Source: Candidatus Bathyarchaeota archaeon
GTDB taxonomy: Archaea; Thermoproteota; Bathyarchaeia; Bathyarchaeales; Bathycorpusculaceae
Assembly: GCA_963772455.1 (NCBI GenBank)
Contig: CAVYXJ010000005.1
Span: forward strand, 83,817 to 147,816
DNA: 64,000 nt
Reading direction: 5' to 3'
Shown: one piece after another, positions 30,273-39,684 of the stretch
Numbering within the stretch: position 1 is the first letter of the stretch
Layout of the letters: each line of letters begins with the position of its first letter
The notes under the pieces: generated by a model
The model's input: only the letters and a program-made list of their open reading frames with translations
What the model was told of the DNA's origin: nothing
Database searches by the model: none
Position numbers and translations under genes: made by a program

Positions 30273-30916
30273 AAAAATATTCTTTCATTTCTACTGTTCA
30301 AAAAAGGATTAGATTTCTTTTCTTGAGCAATAATTGAAATCTCACCGTGACCAGGATACACTAACAAGTTCAAGGGCAACTCCATCAGTTTTTTTAAAGA
30401 ATTCCTCATTTCGCTCATGGAACCACCTGGAAAGTCAGTTCTCCCGATTCCACCTGCAAATAGTGTGTCGCCTGTAAAAACAAGTTTTTCACCAACAAGA
30501 CATATACTTCCAGGTGTGTGTCCAGGAGTGTGAAGAACTTTGAGAGTCTCGTTGCCAACTTTAATAAGACTGCTATCATTTAACAGAGAATTCGGGGGAA
30601 AACTATTTTTTTCTAAGTCTTTGATAAAATTTTCATCAAGATTATGAATGCATATGGGAACGTTGAACTTTTTCTGGAAAAATGCATCACCTTGGATGTG
30701 ATCGTCGTGTCCATGGGTGTTTACTATAGCCGTGATTATCAATTTTTTGGTAGTGATATAATTTAGAATTGGTTCGGTTTCAGAAGAAAGTTCAAGTCCT
30801 GGATCAATTATGATTGCTTCTTTGGTTTCTTGGGAAATTGCAACGTAACAATTGGTTGATAGCATACCAACAGTGAAGGTTTCAACGAGCATACAAATCG
30901 ACATGAAAATAATCAT
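30269..30916 (-). CDS. MBL-fold metallo-hydrolase (glyoxalase II-like)
   Basis: THGHDDH, HTPGHTPG, GDTLF and PGHG. Confidence 0.9.
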   Translation of the reverse strand: MIIFMSICMLVETFTVGMLSTNCYVAISQETKEAIIIDPGLELSSETEPILNYITTKKLIITAIVNTHGHDDHIQGDAFFQKKFNVPICIHNLDENFIKDLEKNSFPPNSLLNDSSLIKVGNETLKVLHTPGHTPGSICLVGEKLVFTGDTLFAGGIGRTDFPGGSMSEMRNSLKKLMELPLNLLVYPGHGEISIIAQEKKSNPFLNSRNERIFF

Positions 30917-31006
30917 TGGTAACCAAAATAAAGTGTTCGCTTTAGCGCTGCTTAGTGTCTGTTTTATTTCACATTGAAAAGATTGAGTTAAAACGTGAAA
31001 TATCGA

Positions 31007-31252
31007 TTAAGAGTCGGAGGTCTGGAAGCCAGTGACTTTTATTGTGCTTCGACATTTGGCGCAAATGATAACTAATTCTGCTAGTTCGTCATTGACAACT
31101 GTGGTATCTAAAATTTCGTAGTTTTCCTCTGATTCGTCGTCTGGAGATATTTGTAATTTGCATTTGGGACATTCGAACGAGCCATCGCCTTCAAGAATAG
31201 CCAAATCTACTTTGTATACAGAAGCTTTTTTGTCCAGCTTTTTCATCATCAT
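31007..31252 (-). CDS. Small zinc-ribbon protein
   Basis: CPKC...CAKC in an acidic 81-aa ORF. Confidence 0.7.
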   Translation of the reverse strand: MMMKKLDKKASVYKVDLAILEGDGSFECPKCKLQISPDDESEENYEILDTTVVNDELAELVIICAKCRSTIKVTGFQTSDS

Positions 31253-31393
31253 GTTACTTCACTCTTTTTCTTTAAATTTTTATTGACCGTTTTAATTAAA
31301 TAACGATTATGAATTTCTATTCAATATGTGAGCTCCATTTAAAAGCTTGACGCAAAAAAAAGGATAAATTAGTGTTTTACACGCCATTTTTAT

Positions 31394-33301
31394 TTATGTC
31401 TCTGCTTGTTTTTCAAAGTTTTCAGGAGAAATGTAATCGCCATACATCTCCTTTGCTACAACCAAACGTTCTCTCTGCAAATATAGAATACCGAACATTT
31501 CAAGCGGTGTATCTATGACGTTTTCTTGGTAAAACCTTTGCACTCTCTCAATCTTTGCCAAGTTTTCTTGAACGCGTATGGTGAATTGTTTGTTGTATTC
31601 TTCTTTTGAGTAGTTTTTGTTAAGGACAGATTTGAAGAGTTTTTTGAGGTCTTCATATTTGGGTATGTATCCTGTGGGTGTTTTTAGTGCGCCGACTTCG
31701 TTGTGTACGCGGAGTTCCATCCATTTTATCCATACGTGTTTGTCTTGAGGGCTGTTGAGATATTTGTCGGTGCCAACTTCTTTGAGGAAATAGTTGACGC
31801 CAAAAACTATTGGTCGCTTTTTGAGTTTACGTCCAAAGTCTAGGTTGTTGTGGACGTTCTTGCCCATAGGAATTGAAATGAAGTCTTGTATGCTCATCAT
31901 GTTGATTTCTGGTACGCCTTCTTTGCCAATGGTAGCGAATGTAGTTTCCGTTTCTAAGGATGCACCATATGCGACTATACCGTGGTCCCAATTGAAACTT
32001 TGTTGTACAGGAACATACGCTTTCACGTCCCGTCCGCCATACATTATGCCACTGAGTTCGACGCCGTTTGGATTGTCAAGTTCTGGATCAACATTTTCAA
32101 GCGCTTTTAGGGCTACTGCGTATCGGGCGTTTTTGTTTGCTACTGGAATGTCGTTGCCGTTTTCATCTTTCTTTCCTTCGTACCATGTGCCTGTGTAGTT
32201 GCAACCTTCTTTAGGAAGCTCCTGACCCATGCCCAGCCAATATGGTTTGCCATCTTTCACCAGAATGTTGGAGAAAATAATTTCGCCTGGATTTGTTAGA
32301 ACTTTCCAGATTAATGCATCATCTCTTGAATTCACGTCTTGTATTATACCGAAGATTCCTGACTCAACGTTAACTGCGCGTGCGGCTGAGTCGATATCTC
32401 GTATGTAAGCGATGTCATCGCCAAGTATGGTTTCACCTGGAAGCATTGCAGTTGAGGTTTTGCCACATGCACTTGGGAAAGCGCCTGCAAAGTAGGTTTT
32501 GCGTCCGCCTGGACCAAACACTCCCATAAGGAGCATGTGCTCTGCAAGCCAACCCTCACTGCTGGCTTTTCGGATGGCTAAACGGAAAGCAAGTTTTTTG
32601 AAGCCCACACTGTTACCTGCGTATTGGGTGTTAACGCTGTAAATGGTGTTGTCCATATGGTCGATGTAGATGCGTTTTTTATTGTAGTCCACGCTGACAT
32701 TGTCGCTGTTGAGTTTCCCAGCTGAGTGCAAGACACGAAGGAAGTCACTTTTGGTTCCTGCCTTGACAAATTGCTCGTATCCCGGTCTGTAAAGTAACGA
32801 TTCAGAATGCGCTACATACCATGAGTCGGTGCATTGTAAACCCAGAATTGTGAATTTTGAGTCAGCGGGTCCGAGGGCGATGAAGCGCACTACCATCGTT
32901 TTGCCAATCATGGAACCACGGAGTGTCCCCATAACTTCAAGGAGTCCTTCTTGGCGATCCATTTGGTTAAGGGCTTTGCTTAGTATGATTCCTTTGGGCA
33001 CGAGGTATTTGGTGGCTTGGCGGTCACGTCCTTGATCCTGTTCGCCGTCAAAGTGAACAGTGTGACCGGGTATTGTGAGGATTGCTTGTTCTTCGCCTGT
33101 AGCTATTGCTTGTTTACGCACAAACGCTATGTCATCGACCGAGTCGCTGCATATGAAGATTTTTTCTGGGTGACATAGGTCACTTTCTTTTGCGATGAAT
33201 TCGTGTACGTTGGGGTTATCTATTGCGCTTAGTTTTTGGAAGTCTTTAGGACTTAATTTGGGTTGTAATGCTTCAAGGTACGGATTCATAATAATCATCA
33301 T
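31394..33301 (-). CDS. pckG: Phosphoenolpyruvate carboxykinase (GTP)
   Basis: YAGNSVGFKK, WLAEHM, AFPSACGKTS, GDDIAY, NARY and YGGR. Confidence 0.95.
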   Translation of the reverse strand: MMIIMNPYLEALQPKLSPKDFQKLSAIDNPNVHEFIAKESDLCHPEKIFICSDSVDDIAFVRKQAIATGEEQAILTIPGHTVHFDGEQDQGRDRQATKYLVPKGIILSKALNQMDRQEGLLEVMGTLRGSMIGKTMVVRFIALGPADSKFTILGLQCTDSWYVAHSESLLYRPGYEQFVKAGTKSDFLRVLHSAGKLNSDNVSVDYNKKRIYIDHMDNTIYSVNTQYAGNSVGFKKLAFRLAIRKASSEGWLAEHMLLMGVFGPGGRKTYFAGAFPSACGKTSTAMLPGETILGDDIAYIRDIDSAARAVNVESGIFGIIQDVNSRDDALIWKVLTNPGEIIFSNILVKDGKPYWLGMGQELPKEGCNYTGTWYEGKKDENGNDIPVANKNARYAVALKALENVDPELDNPNGVELSGIMYGGRDVKAYVPVQQSFNWDHGIVAYGASLETETTFATIGKEGVPEINMMSIQDFISIPMGKNVHNNLDFGRKLKKRPIVFGVNYFLKEVGTDKYLNSPQDKHVWIKWMELRVHNEVGALKTPTGYIPKYEDLKKLFKSVLNKNYSKEEYNKQFTIRVQENLAKIERVQRFYQENVIDTPLEMFGILYLQRERLVVAKEMYGDYISPENFEKQAET

Positions 33302-33305
33302 ACTC

Positions 33306-34280
33306 CTAAAGTTCGTTTACTCTTCCAGGTACACGTGGAAAGGGTTGACATTCAGCAATGTGCTTAACTCCTGTTATCCAGCCGACTAAGCGTTCCATGC
33401 CTATGCCTGCACCAGCGGTAGGTTTAAGCCTGCCTTCGTTAGCCATCTTCAAAACTAAGGTATAGTTTTCTTTTTTGACTTGGTCGCGCTCAATTTTAGT
33501 TAGGATCTTAGAATATTCATACTCGCGTCTGGCACCTGAGAGAACTTCACCAAATTGAGGCAAGAAAAGGTCATAGTTGTCCCATTTGCCTGTTTTAAAG
33601 TCCTCAAAATCATAGAATTCTCTGGGGATGTTCGTTACCCACACCGGTTCGGTTATTTCATTTGTAATTCCAATTTCCCATTCTTTACCGTATTTTGCTT
33701 CAAGTTCGACACGGTCATAGATTTTGAACGGCGTTTTTGGCTCTTTAAGAGTTTCACATCGACATAAGGTGGTTAATTCACTCTTCATTTCAGACTTTAA
33801 GTCTTTAACCAAAGTAACTATCGCAGCTTCAACTAAATCAAAAATGTCTTTGGAGGATGCACCTTGAGCTTCAAAGTCTAATTGGGTAAACTCATAAATG
33901 TGCCTACCAGTTTTTGCGCGTTCTGCTTTTTCGATGCGGATGTTGGGCGAGAGAATGAATAGTTTGGGGTAGGCAGTTGAAGCTGCAATGAGTTTATGAA
34001 TGATCATGCTGGCAGTCGTTCGAACTGGTTTGCCATAAATGTCGACTTCTATTCTTTTCTCTATGGACGCTCCTGGGTCAGGCCAGAGAGGGTCGGTGCT
34101 TTGGCTTAATGCCACTGGTAACAACCATTGAAATCCTCTATTTACATATGTTGAAGTGAGGCTTTTTAATGTGTAAGTCATGATTTTGCCTATGCAGGCT
34201 TTTCTCTCAATTTCCGAAGCCGTCAGTTGGTCCAACGGTTTGGGAATTTCCATTAAATCTTGTTTTGACATTTTGATCAC
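33306..34280 (-). CDS. asnA: Archaeal asparagine synthetase A (AsnRS/AspRS catalytic-core paralogue lacking the anticodon domain)
   Basis: TDPLWPDP, SPNIRIE, RHIYEFTQLDFE, GEVLSGARRE and GAGIGMERL; no OB domain. Confidence 0.85.
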   Translation of the reverse strand: MIKMSKQDLMEIPKPLDQLTASEIERKACIGKIMTYTLKSLTSTYVNRGFQWLLPVALSQSTDPLWPDPGASIEKRIEVDIYGKPVRTTASMIIHKLIAASTAYPKLFILSPNIRIEKAERAKTGRHIYEFTQLDFEAQGASSKDIFDLVEAAIVTLVKDLKSEMKSELTTLCRCETLKEPKTPFKIYDRVELEAKYGKEWEIGITNEITEPVWVTNIPREFYDFEDFKTGKWDNYDLFLPQFGEVLSGARREYEYSKILTKIERDQVKKENYTLVLKMANEGRLKPTAGAGIGMERLVGWITGVKHIAECQPFPRVPGRVNEL

Positions 34281-34380
34281 TGTGAATTTGTTATCGTGTA
34301 CACAGTGCGGGGCGAGTAATAAATTTTATACAACAAAACATAGATTATTTACAACTAATTCAAGTTTTTATACTGGAAAC

Positions 34381-34395
34381 ATGTAATATTTACAT
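34381..34395. promoter_or_regulatory. Palindrome immediately before the Lrp/AsnC start (possible autoregulatory site)
   Basis: ATGTAA-TAT-TTACAT. Confidence 0.4.
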
Positions 34396-34905
34396 ATGAG
34401 CGTTAAACTGGACGAAAAAGACCTTGCTATACTCACCCTTATTCAAGAGAATAGTAAACTGACTGCCAATCAAATAGCCAAAAAAATCAATGCACCGATT
34501 ACGACAGTTTTCGCTAAAACCAAACGTATGGAAGAAATGGGGATAATAAAACAATATCGCGCAATACTTTCATCCGAAAAACTCAATCTTAGCACCGCAG
34601 CTTTCATCTTAGCCTCTGTCTCCTATAGAGCAAAAAACGAAGATGAAACTCCAATTTCGCAGCGGCAAGTGGCAGAAGAAATTGCTCGCTTCCCAGAAGT
34701 TCAGGAAGTCCATATAATTACGGGGGATTGGGATTTGTTAGTTAAACTGCGTGCTGAGAACGTTGATGCTGTAGGTAAGTTTGTGGTTGACAAGTTGCGG
34801 CTTATCAAGGGCCTAGATAAGACTTTAACATGCATGGTTTTCGAAACTGTAAAGGAATCAACAAGCCTTCCTCAGACATTTAGGAAAAGCCTATTGAAAC
34901 CATAG
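34396..34905 (+). CDS. Lrp/AsnC family transcriptional regulator
   Basis: LDEKDLAIL HTH and RAM domain EVHIITGDWDLLVKL. Confidence 0.92.
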   Translation: MSVKLDEKDLAILTLIQENSKLTANQIAKKINAPITTVFAKTKRMEEMGIIKQYRAILSSEKLNLSTAAFILASVSYRAKNEDETPISQRQVAEEIARFPEVQEVHIITGDWDLLVKLRAENVDAVGKFVVDKLRLIKGLDKTLTCMVFETVKESTSLPQTFRKSLLKP

Positions 34906-34909
34906 TTAG

Positions 34910-35338
34910 TTAAGTTGAACTAGAATAGTATAGCAAGGGCAAAGCGAGAAGCACGGTATTTTTTCCTTTAGAAGTCAAAGAATACTCTACCCGAAGAGGT
35001 GGTCCATCTGTGACCTTTCGATTAATGTAGCCGTGGATTTGCAACATCTTAAGTTTGTCTGAGAGGGTTCTTGAGTTGACGCCCAAGATTCTTTTTATTC
35101 CTCCAAAACCAATTGCATCTTTAAGAATAAGGGTATATAGGATTTCCAGGCTCCACTTTTGGAAAAGCAGGTTAAAAGTATCCTGAAGGCTTTCCAATTC
35201 GTCTTTAAGTTCGGTCGGAGTGATTTTCTGTTTCAATATGATTGCATTAAAAGTCTCTTCTATGCCGTGAAGAACCTGATTCATTCGAGCTTCCACTATC
35301 TTGCGAAAGTCCGCGCTCAACGTTAGGGGGGCACTCAT
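34910..35338 (-). CDS. HxlR-family winged-helix regulator
   Basis: KWSLEIL...RTLSDKLK...PPLRVEYSLT.KG. Confidence 0.88.
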   Translation of the reverse strand: MSAPLTLSADFRKIVEARMNQVLHGIEETFNAIILKQKITPTELKDELESLQDTFNLLFQKWSLEILYTLILKDAIGFGGIKRILGVNSRTLSDKLKMLQIHGYINRKVTDGPPLRVEYSLTSKGKNTVLLALPLLYYSSST

Positions 35339-35438
35339 GGGCTTACACTTGGTGTAGTTTTGCTCACTTAATAATTTATTAAGCTTTACATATACAACAA
35401 GGTATACAAAGTAAAGTTGATTTGGAGAAATAAATCAA

Positions 35439-36800
35439 ATGGAAAAATACGATGCAGTAGTTGTTGGAGCAGGAACGGCAGGCTGCCTTGCAGCAAAAAC
35501 CATTGCTGAAAAAGGCCTAAAGGTCTGTATAATTGACAAGAAGCCTCGCGAAGAGATCGGAGAAAAAATCTGCGGAGATGCTTTAGGTGAACATCACTTA
35601 AAATTCTTAGGTCTTGAAAAACCTACAGGGGGCGAGTTGGAAGCTAAAATTGACGGTATTAAAATCTACTCTCCAGACGAGAATACTGTTTTCACTATAG
35701 CAGATAAAGACTTTATTGGTTACCTACTTAATCGACGCTTATTTGGGCAATGGCTAGTTGAAAAAGCCACCGACAAAGGTGCATTACTACAAGATAATAT
35801 GAATTTCCGTTCACCTATATTCGAAAAAGGATCTGTCGTTGGAATTACTGCTAAGAATATGAAGACCGGCAAAGTCGCTGAACTTCGAAGCAAGGTGGTG
35901 GTTGACGCTAGCGGCTACTTTGGCATGGTACGTAAACAACTCCCGCCCGAGATGGGCATAGACCGCGATATAGCTAATCAAGACGTTGAAGCATGTTATC
36001 GAGAAATTCGACAATTAAAACAAGAAACAGAAAATACCCGCTTCTGTGAGATCTATCTTAACCAAACAGCCTCACCAGGTGGTTATATTTGGATTTTCCC
36101 TAAAGGTGGCGCACGCGTGAATGTCGGGCTAGGTATTTGTATGCGCGGCAACTACCCTAATCCCAAGCAGAAACTATACGAAACAGCCTTCAAGAAACCT
36201 ATCTTTGATGGTTCTTTGGTTTTAACTGCCGGATCTTGGTTTGATCCAGTCCGAAGACCTTTAGACAACATGGTTTCGAATGGTGTTATGTTAGTTGGAG
36301 ATGCAGCCTCGTTAGTTAACCCGATTCATGGGGGCGGCATCGGGCCTTCAATGCTAAGCGGCTACTTTGCAGGACAACAAATTATTGAAGCACTCAGCAA
36401 GGGTGAACCCACCAAGGAAGCACTCTGGGGTTACAACAAAAAATACATCGATACCTACGGCAAAAAACAAGGCACTTTAGACATCTTTAAAATGTTCCTC
36501 TTATCATGCAGTGACGCAGACCTTAACTATGGCATGAACGAGAAATTAATGACAGAAGACGACGTACTCAAGGCTGGAATGGGCGATGATTTCCACCTAA
36601 ACATCACCGAAACCGCCAAACGCGTCTTCAAGGGTCTTCGTCGTGTTGGATTCCTCAACAGATTGCGCCTAACGGTTACAATGATGAGGGGACTTAGTGC
36701 ACACTACAACACATATCCTGCAACACCTGAAGGCTTCGAGCCTTGGCGTTTGCAAACAATAAAACTGATTGAAGACGCCAGAAAAAAACTTGTAGATTAA
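35439..36800 (+). CDS. Geranylgeranyl reductase family (digeranylgeranylglycerophospholipid reductase-like)
   Basis: VVGAGTAG, KICG, PGGYIWIFPKG and VGDAA..VNPIHGGGI. Confidence 0.9.
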   Translation: MEKYDAVVVGAGTAGCLAAKTIAEKGLKVCIIDKKPREEIGEKICGDALGEHHLKFLGLEKPTGGELEAKIDGIKIYSPDENTVFTIADKDFIGYLLNRRLFGQWLVEKATDKGALLQDNMNFRSPIFEKGSVVGITAKNMKTGKVAELRSKVVVDASGYFGMVRKQLPPEMGIDRDIANQDVEACYREIRQLKQETENTRFCEIYLNQTASPGGYIWIFPKGGARVNVGLGICMRGNYPNPKQKLYETAFKKPIFDGSLVLTAGSWFDPVRRPLDNMVSNGVMLVGDAASLVNPIHGGGIGPSMLSGYFAGQQIIEALSKGEPTKEALWGYNKKYIDTYGKKQGTLDIFKMFLLSCSDADLNYGMNEKLMTEDDVLKAGMGDDFHLNITETAKRVFKGLRRVGFLNRLRLTVTMMRGLSAHYNTYPATPEGFEPWRLQTIKLIEDARKKLVD

Positions 36801-36879
36801 TCTTCCAACAATTTTTTATTTTTTTTTCTTCTGTAAATGCTTAAATTCCCAGCTTACATGGATATTATTTGGTGAAAAA

Positions 36880-37245
36880 ATGGTTTATTGTTCTAACTGT
36901 GGCGAAAAAATAGATGATAATGCTTTCTTCTGTCCAAAATGTGGCACTAAAACCCTAGCTGGTAAAGCTTCAAACGCATCTTACCCAACTGATGAGATAC
37001 GGGACGCCTTAAATAAAGTTGGAATTGAATTAGAACGCGCATTCAATCTGGCGGCACGTGAAACACAAGCTGCATTTAGAAAAGCAAGTGAAAATATGAA
37101 GCAAAAAACTTCTTCTAACAATACTTTTAATCGAGAATCTGTTGTTTGTGCCAGTTGTGGAGCAAATAATGTTTCTGACGCAGTTTTCTGTCGTAGTTGT
37201 GGAACAAAAGTAGCATCTGCTGAAAAGTCTTCAGGAAGCAAGTAA
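36880..37245 (+). CDS. Double zinc-ribbon protein
   Basis: YCSNCG...FCPKCG and CASCG...FCRSCG. Confidence 0.85.
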   Translation: MVYCSNCGEKIDDNAFFCPKCGTKTLAGKASNASYPTDEIRDALNKVGIELERAFNLAARETQAAFRKASENMKQKTSSNNTFNRESVVCASCGANNVSDAVFCRSCGTKVASAEKSSGSK

Positions 37246-37249
37246 TAAA

Positions 37250-37723
37250 ATGAGTTTGAACAAGACGCTGATAGCGTATGTGAGTAAGGGTGGAGCTACT
37301 GAGGAAGCAGCTAAGAAAATAGCAGAAACCTTACGTTCAAAGTTTCAGTTAGAAGTTGATTTGGTTGACCTCAAAGAGCAAAAACCACCTGACTTAGAGA
37401 AATACCAGAACATAGTGACAGGTGGTGGCGTCAGGGGAGGCAGAATTTACGGTAAAACGCTAAAGTTTCTTGAAAACGATTTAAGTGGTAAGAAGGTGGC
37501 TTTTTTTGTCTCTTCTTCCTGGGCGGGTACACCTGGAAGTTATGAAAATGCAAAGATTAAGTTTGTGATAAACACTTTATCCAAATATCCCAAAATTAAT
37601 CCTGTGAGCACAGAAGCTTTTGGCGGACGTATAAGATATTTTAGAAAAACTATGCTGGATAACACGGACTTAGTTAAAGTTGAGGCTTGGGCAGAAGAGC
37701 TTGGAAAAAAATTCACACAATAA
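37250..37723 (+). CDS. Flavodoxin-domain protein (HemG-like)
   Basis: IAYVSKGGATEEAA FMN loop, KVAFF and FGG. Confidence 0.8.
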   Translation: MSLNKTLIAYVSKGGATEEAAKKIAETLRSKFQLEVDLVDLKEQKPPDLEKYQNIVTGGGVRGGRIYGKTLKFLENDLSGKKVAFFVSSSWAGTPGSYENAKIKFVINTLSKYPKINPVSTEAFGGRIRYFRKTMLDNTDLVKVEAWAEELGKKFTQ

Positions 37724-37925
37724 ACAAAATATTAGCAAAGCAAATGCACTTCTTTGCCCTACATGTTGCGTTGAATACGTTGAGGTTGAGTTTGATTTTG
37801 AAATTGATGGGTTAATTTTGCATAATGTTAAGGTACTTAGATGCCCTGGGTGCGAAGAAGAAGTGTTTAGCCCTGAAGAACATGAAACGATTCGGAAACG
37901 AATCATTGATTCAAAAGAGTTTTAG
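37701..37925 (+). CDS. YgiT/MqsA-type zinc finger protein (start uncertain)
   Basis: CPTC...NVKVLRCPGCEEEVF. Confidence 0.6.
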   Translation: MEKNSHNKQNISKANALLCPTCCVEYVEVEFDFEIDGLILHNVKVLRCPGCEEEVFSPEEHETIRKRIIDSKEF

Positions 37926-38161
37926 AAAAGCGTTTTGAAGTTATTAATTGAATAGGATTCAGAGAATTAATACTTAGATCAATTCATTGTTTTTATTAAG
38001 AAAAAAATCTCTTTTTTAAGTAAAAATCATTTCAACATCTTTGAGGTTATTGTCTGTGATATTGGGTATAACCTTGTTTTTGCGGGTCGCAAGGTTTTTA
38101 TGTTCCGCTTAAATCTGTAAGGTGTCGCCAAGATATAATAGACGGCAAAACAATGGATTGA

Positions 38162-38479
38162 TTGACCAAAATGGTTAGAAAAGCACGAATCCGGCTCACA
38201 AGTACTGATTACAGTAAATTAGAAGAGGTATGTGGAGAACTCAAAAGCATTGCCTCAAAGACAGGCGTGAAAATGAATGGACCAGTTCCATTACCCACAA
38301 AACGTTTGCGCGTTCCAGTCCTTAAAGGTCCATCAGGCGAAGGCACTGCAACATGGGATCGATGGGAGATGCGTATTCACAAACGCCTTATCGATATTGA
38401 CTCTGAAGAACGTGTCATGCGTAGAATTATGCGCATACGTGTTCCAGAAGAAGTCCATGTCACAATCGAACTTATTTAG
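38162..38479 (+). CDS. rps10: 30S ribosomal protein S10 (uS10)
   Basis: [37 protein letters not shown]. Confidence 0.97.
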   Translation: MTKMVRKARIRLTSTDYSKLEEVCGELKSIASKTGVKMNGPVPLPTKRLRVPVLKGPSGEGTATWDRWEMRIHKRLIDIDSEERVMRRIMRIRVPEEVHVTIELI

Positions 38480-38620
38480 TTCTAATTATTTATTTTTTGT
38501 TTCTTAATTCAGCATATAGTATATTTTCTAAATCTTCGATGTGCCTAGCAATTAAGATGTGAAAATCAAAGAAGTTTGAGGAACATTTTAGTCTGTTACC
38601 GTAATGACTTGGTCAGATGA

Positions 38621-39457
38621 TCAAGGAGTAGGAATAATCGTTGTTTTAAAGAAGAGTATCCATCCTGTTATTGCTATTAAAACGGCAGAGGGAATGACCG
38701 CGGCTACCCATACTCTCTTGTTTAAATTGAAAATTTTGTAGCCATCGAATACTCCGAATGGAATTAGATTAAAGATTGCCATGAACGCGTTGATATATGC
38801 TGAGAAAATCAGCATTAACCGCCAGTAAATATCAATTATCGGCAATCCAAATGCTAAACCCAGAAACAGTGCGGCGAATATCATGTTGGTAATAACTCCT
38901 GCAACTGAGATTTTCACCATGTCCTTAGATGTGGGCGCGTTTCCTCCAATCATCATGGCGCCGGGTGCAATCATTTTGAAGGGTAAAAACACTGAAACAA
39001 GCGTTAATATGGCTCCAAATGTTGTTAGACGGAATTCCGCCCACATTCCTGCTTGTTGAGCCATTACTTTGTGAGCGAATTCATGAACCAAGAAAGAAAC
39101 TGTCATAATTACTGCGAAAGCGGCCATAACAGCCCAACTCCAACTAAAACTATACCAAGCCATCGATAAACCTACGCCTGTAACGAGTGCCGCTGCAACG
39201 CCGATGTTTTTGAGTTCTTTTGGGCTTGTTGTGATGTGGTTTTTGCGTCTGTAAGGGTCTTGACCGAACACATAGCTGTAATTGTAAGAGTTGTAGCCTT
39301 GCTGATTCATCACTCGCTCTTGGGTTTGTTGGCGAGCGTTGTTGATTGCTGGGCACTTGTGGTTTTCGGGTAAATGGTGGTCACCGCAGAATTGTCCGCC
39401 GCAGAACGGGCAGCGGAACGGTATAAAAGACTCTGTATTGCATTCTTGGCATTTCAT
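38621..39457 (-). CDS. AN1-type zinc finger fused to an M50 site-2 protease
   Basis: CQEC...PFRCPFCGGQFCGDHHLPENHKC; HEFAH; FNLIPFGVFDG. Confidence 0.88.
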   Translation of the reverse strand: MKCQECNTESFIPFRCPFCGGQFCGDHHLPENHKCPAINNARQQTQERVMNQQGYNSYNYSYVFGQDPYRRKNHITTSPKELKNIGVAAALVTGVGLSMAWYSFSWSWAVMAAFAVIMTVSFLVHEFAHKVMAQQAGMWAEFRLTTFGAILTLVSVFLPFKMIAPGAMMIGGNAPTSKDMVKISVAGVITNMIFAALFLGLAFGLPIIDIYWRLMLIFSAYINAFMAIFNLIPFGVFDGYKIFNLNKRVWVAAVIPSAVLIAITGWILFFKTTIIPTP

Positions 39458-39684
39458 GTGGGTCTAGCGCCTTTTACACTAAAATGCATATGGTATCTTA
39501 TATTTTTACGCCAAAATAATGGATAATTCACCTAAGTTTAGTGTTGGCAGAAAAGATTCTGACTTAAATGGTCAATTTATTCTGGTCAAAAATAAAAAAT
39601 GCTCTTTAACCAAACTTGCATAAATGCTTTAAAACATGCAAACATTATCAACTGTACAAGAAAAACATTAGGTGACTCGCCAAT

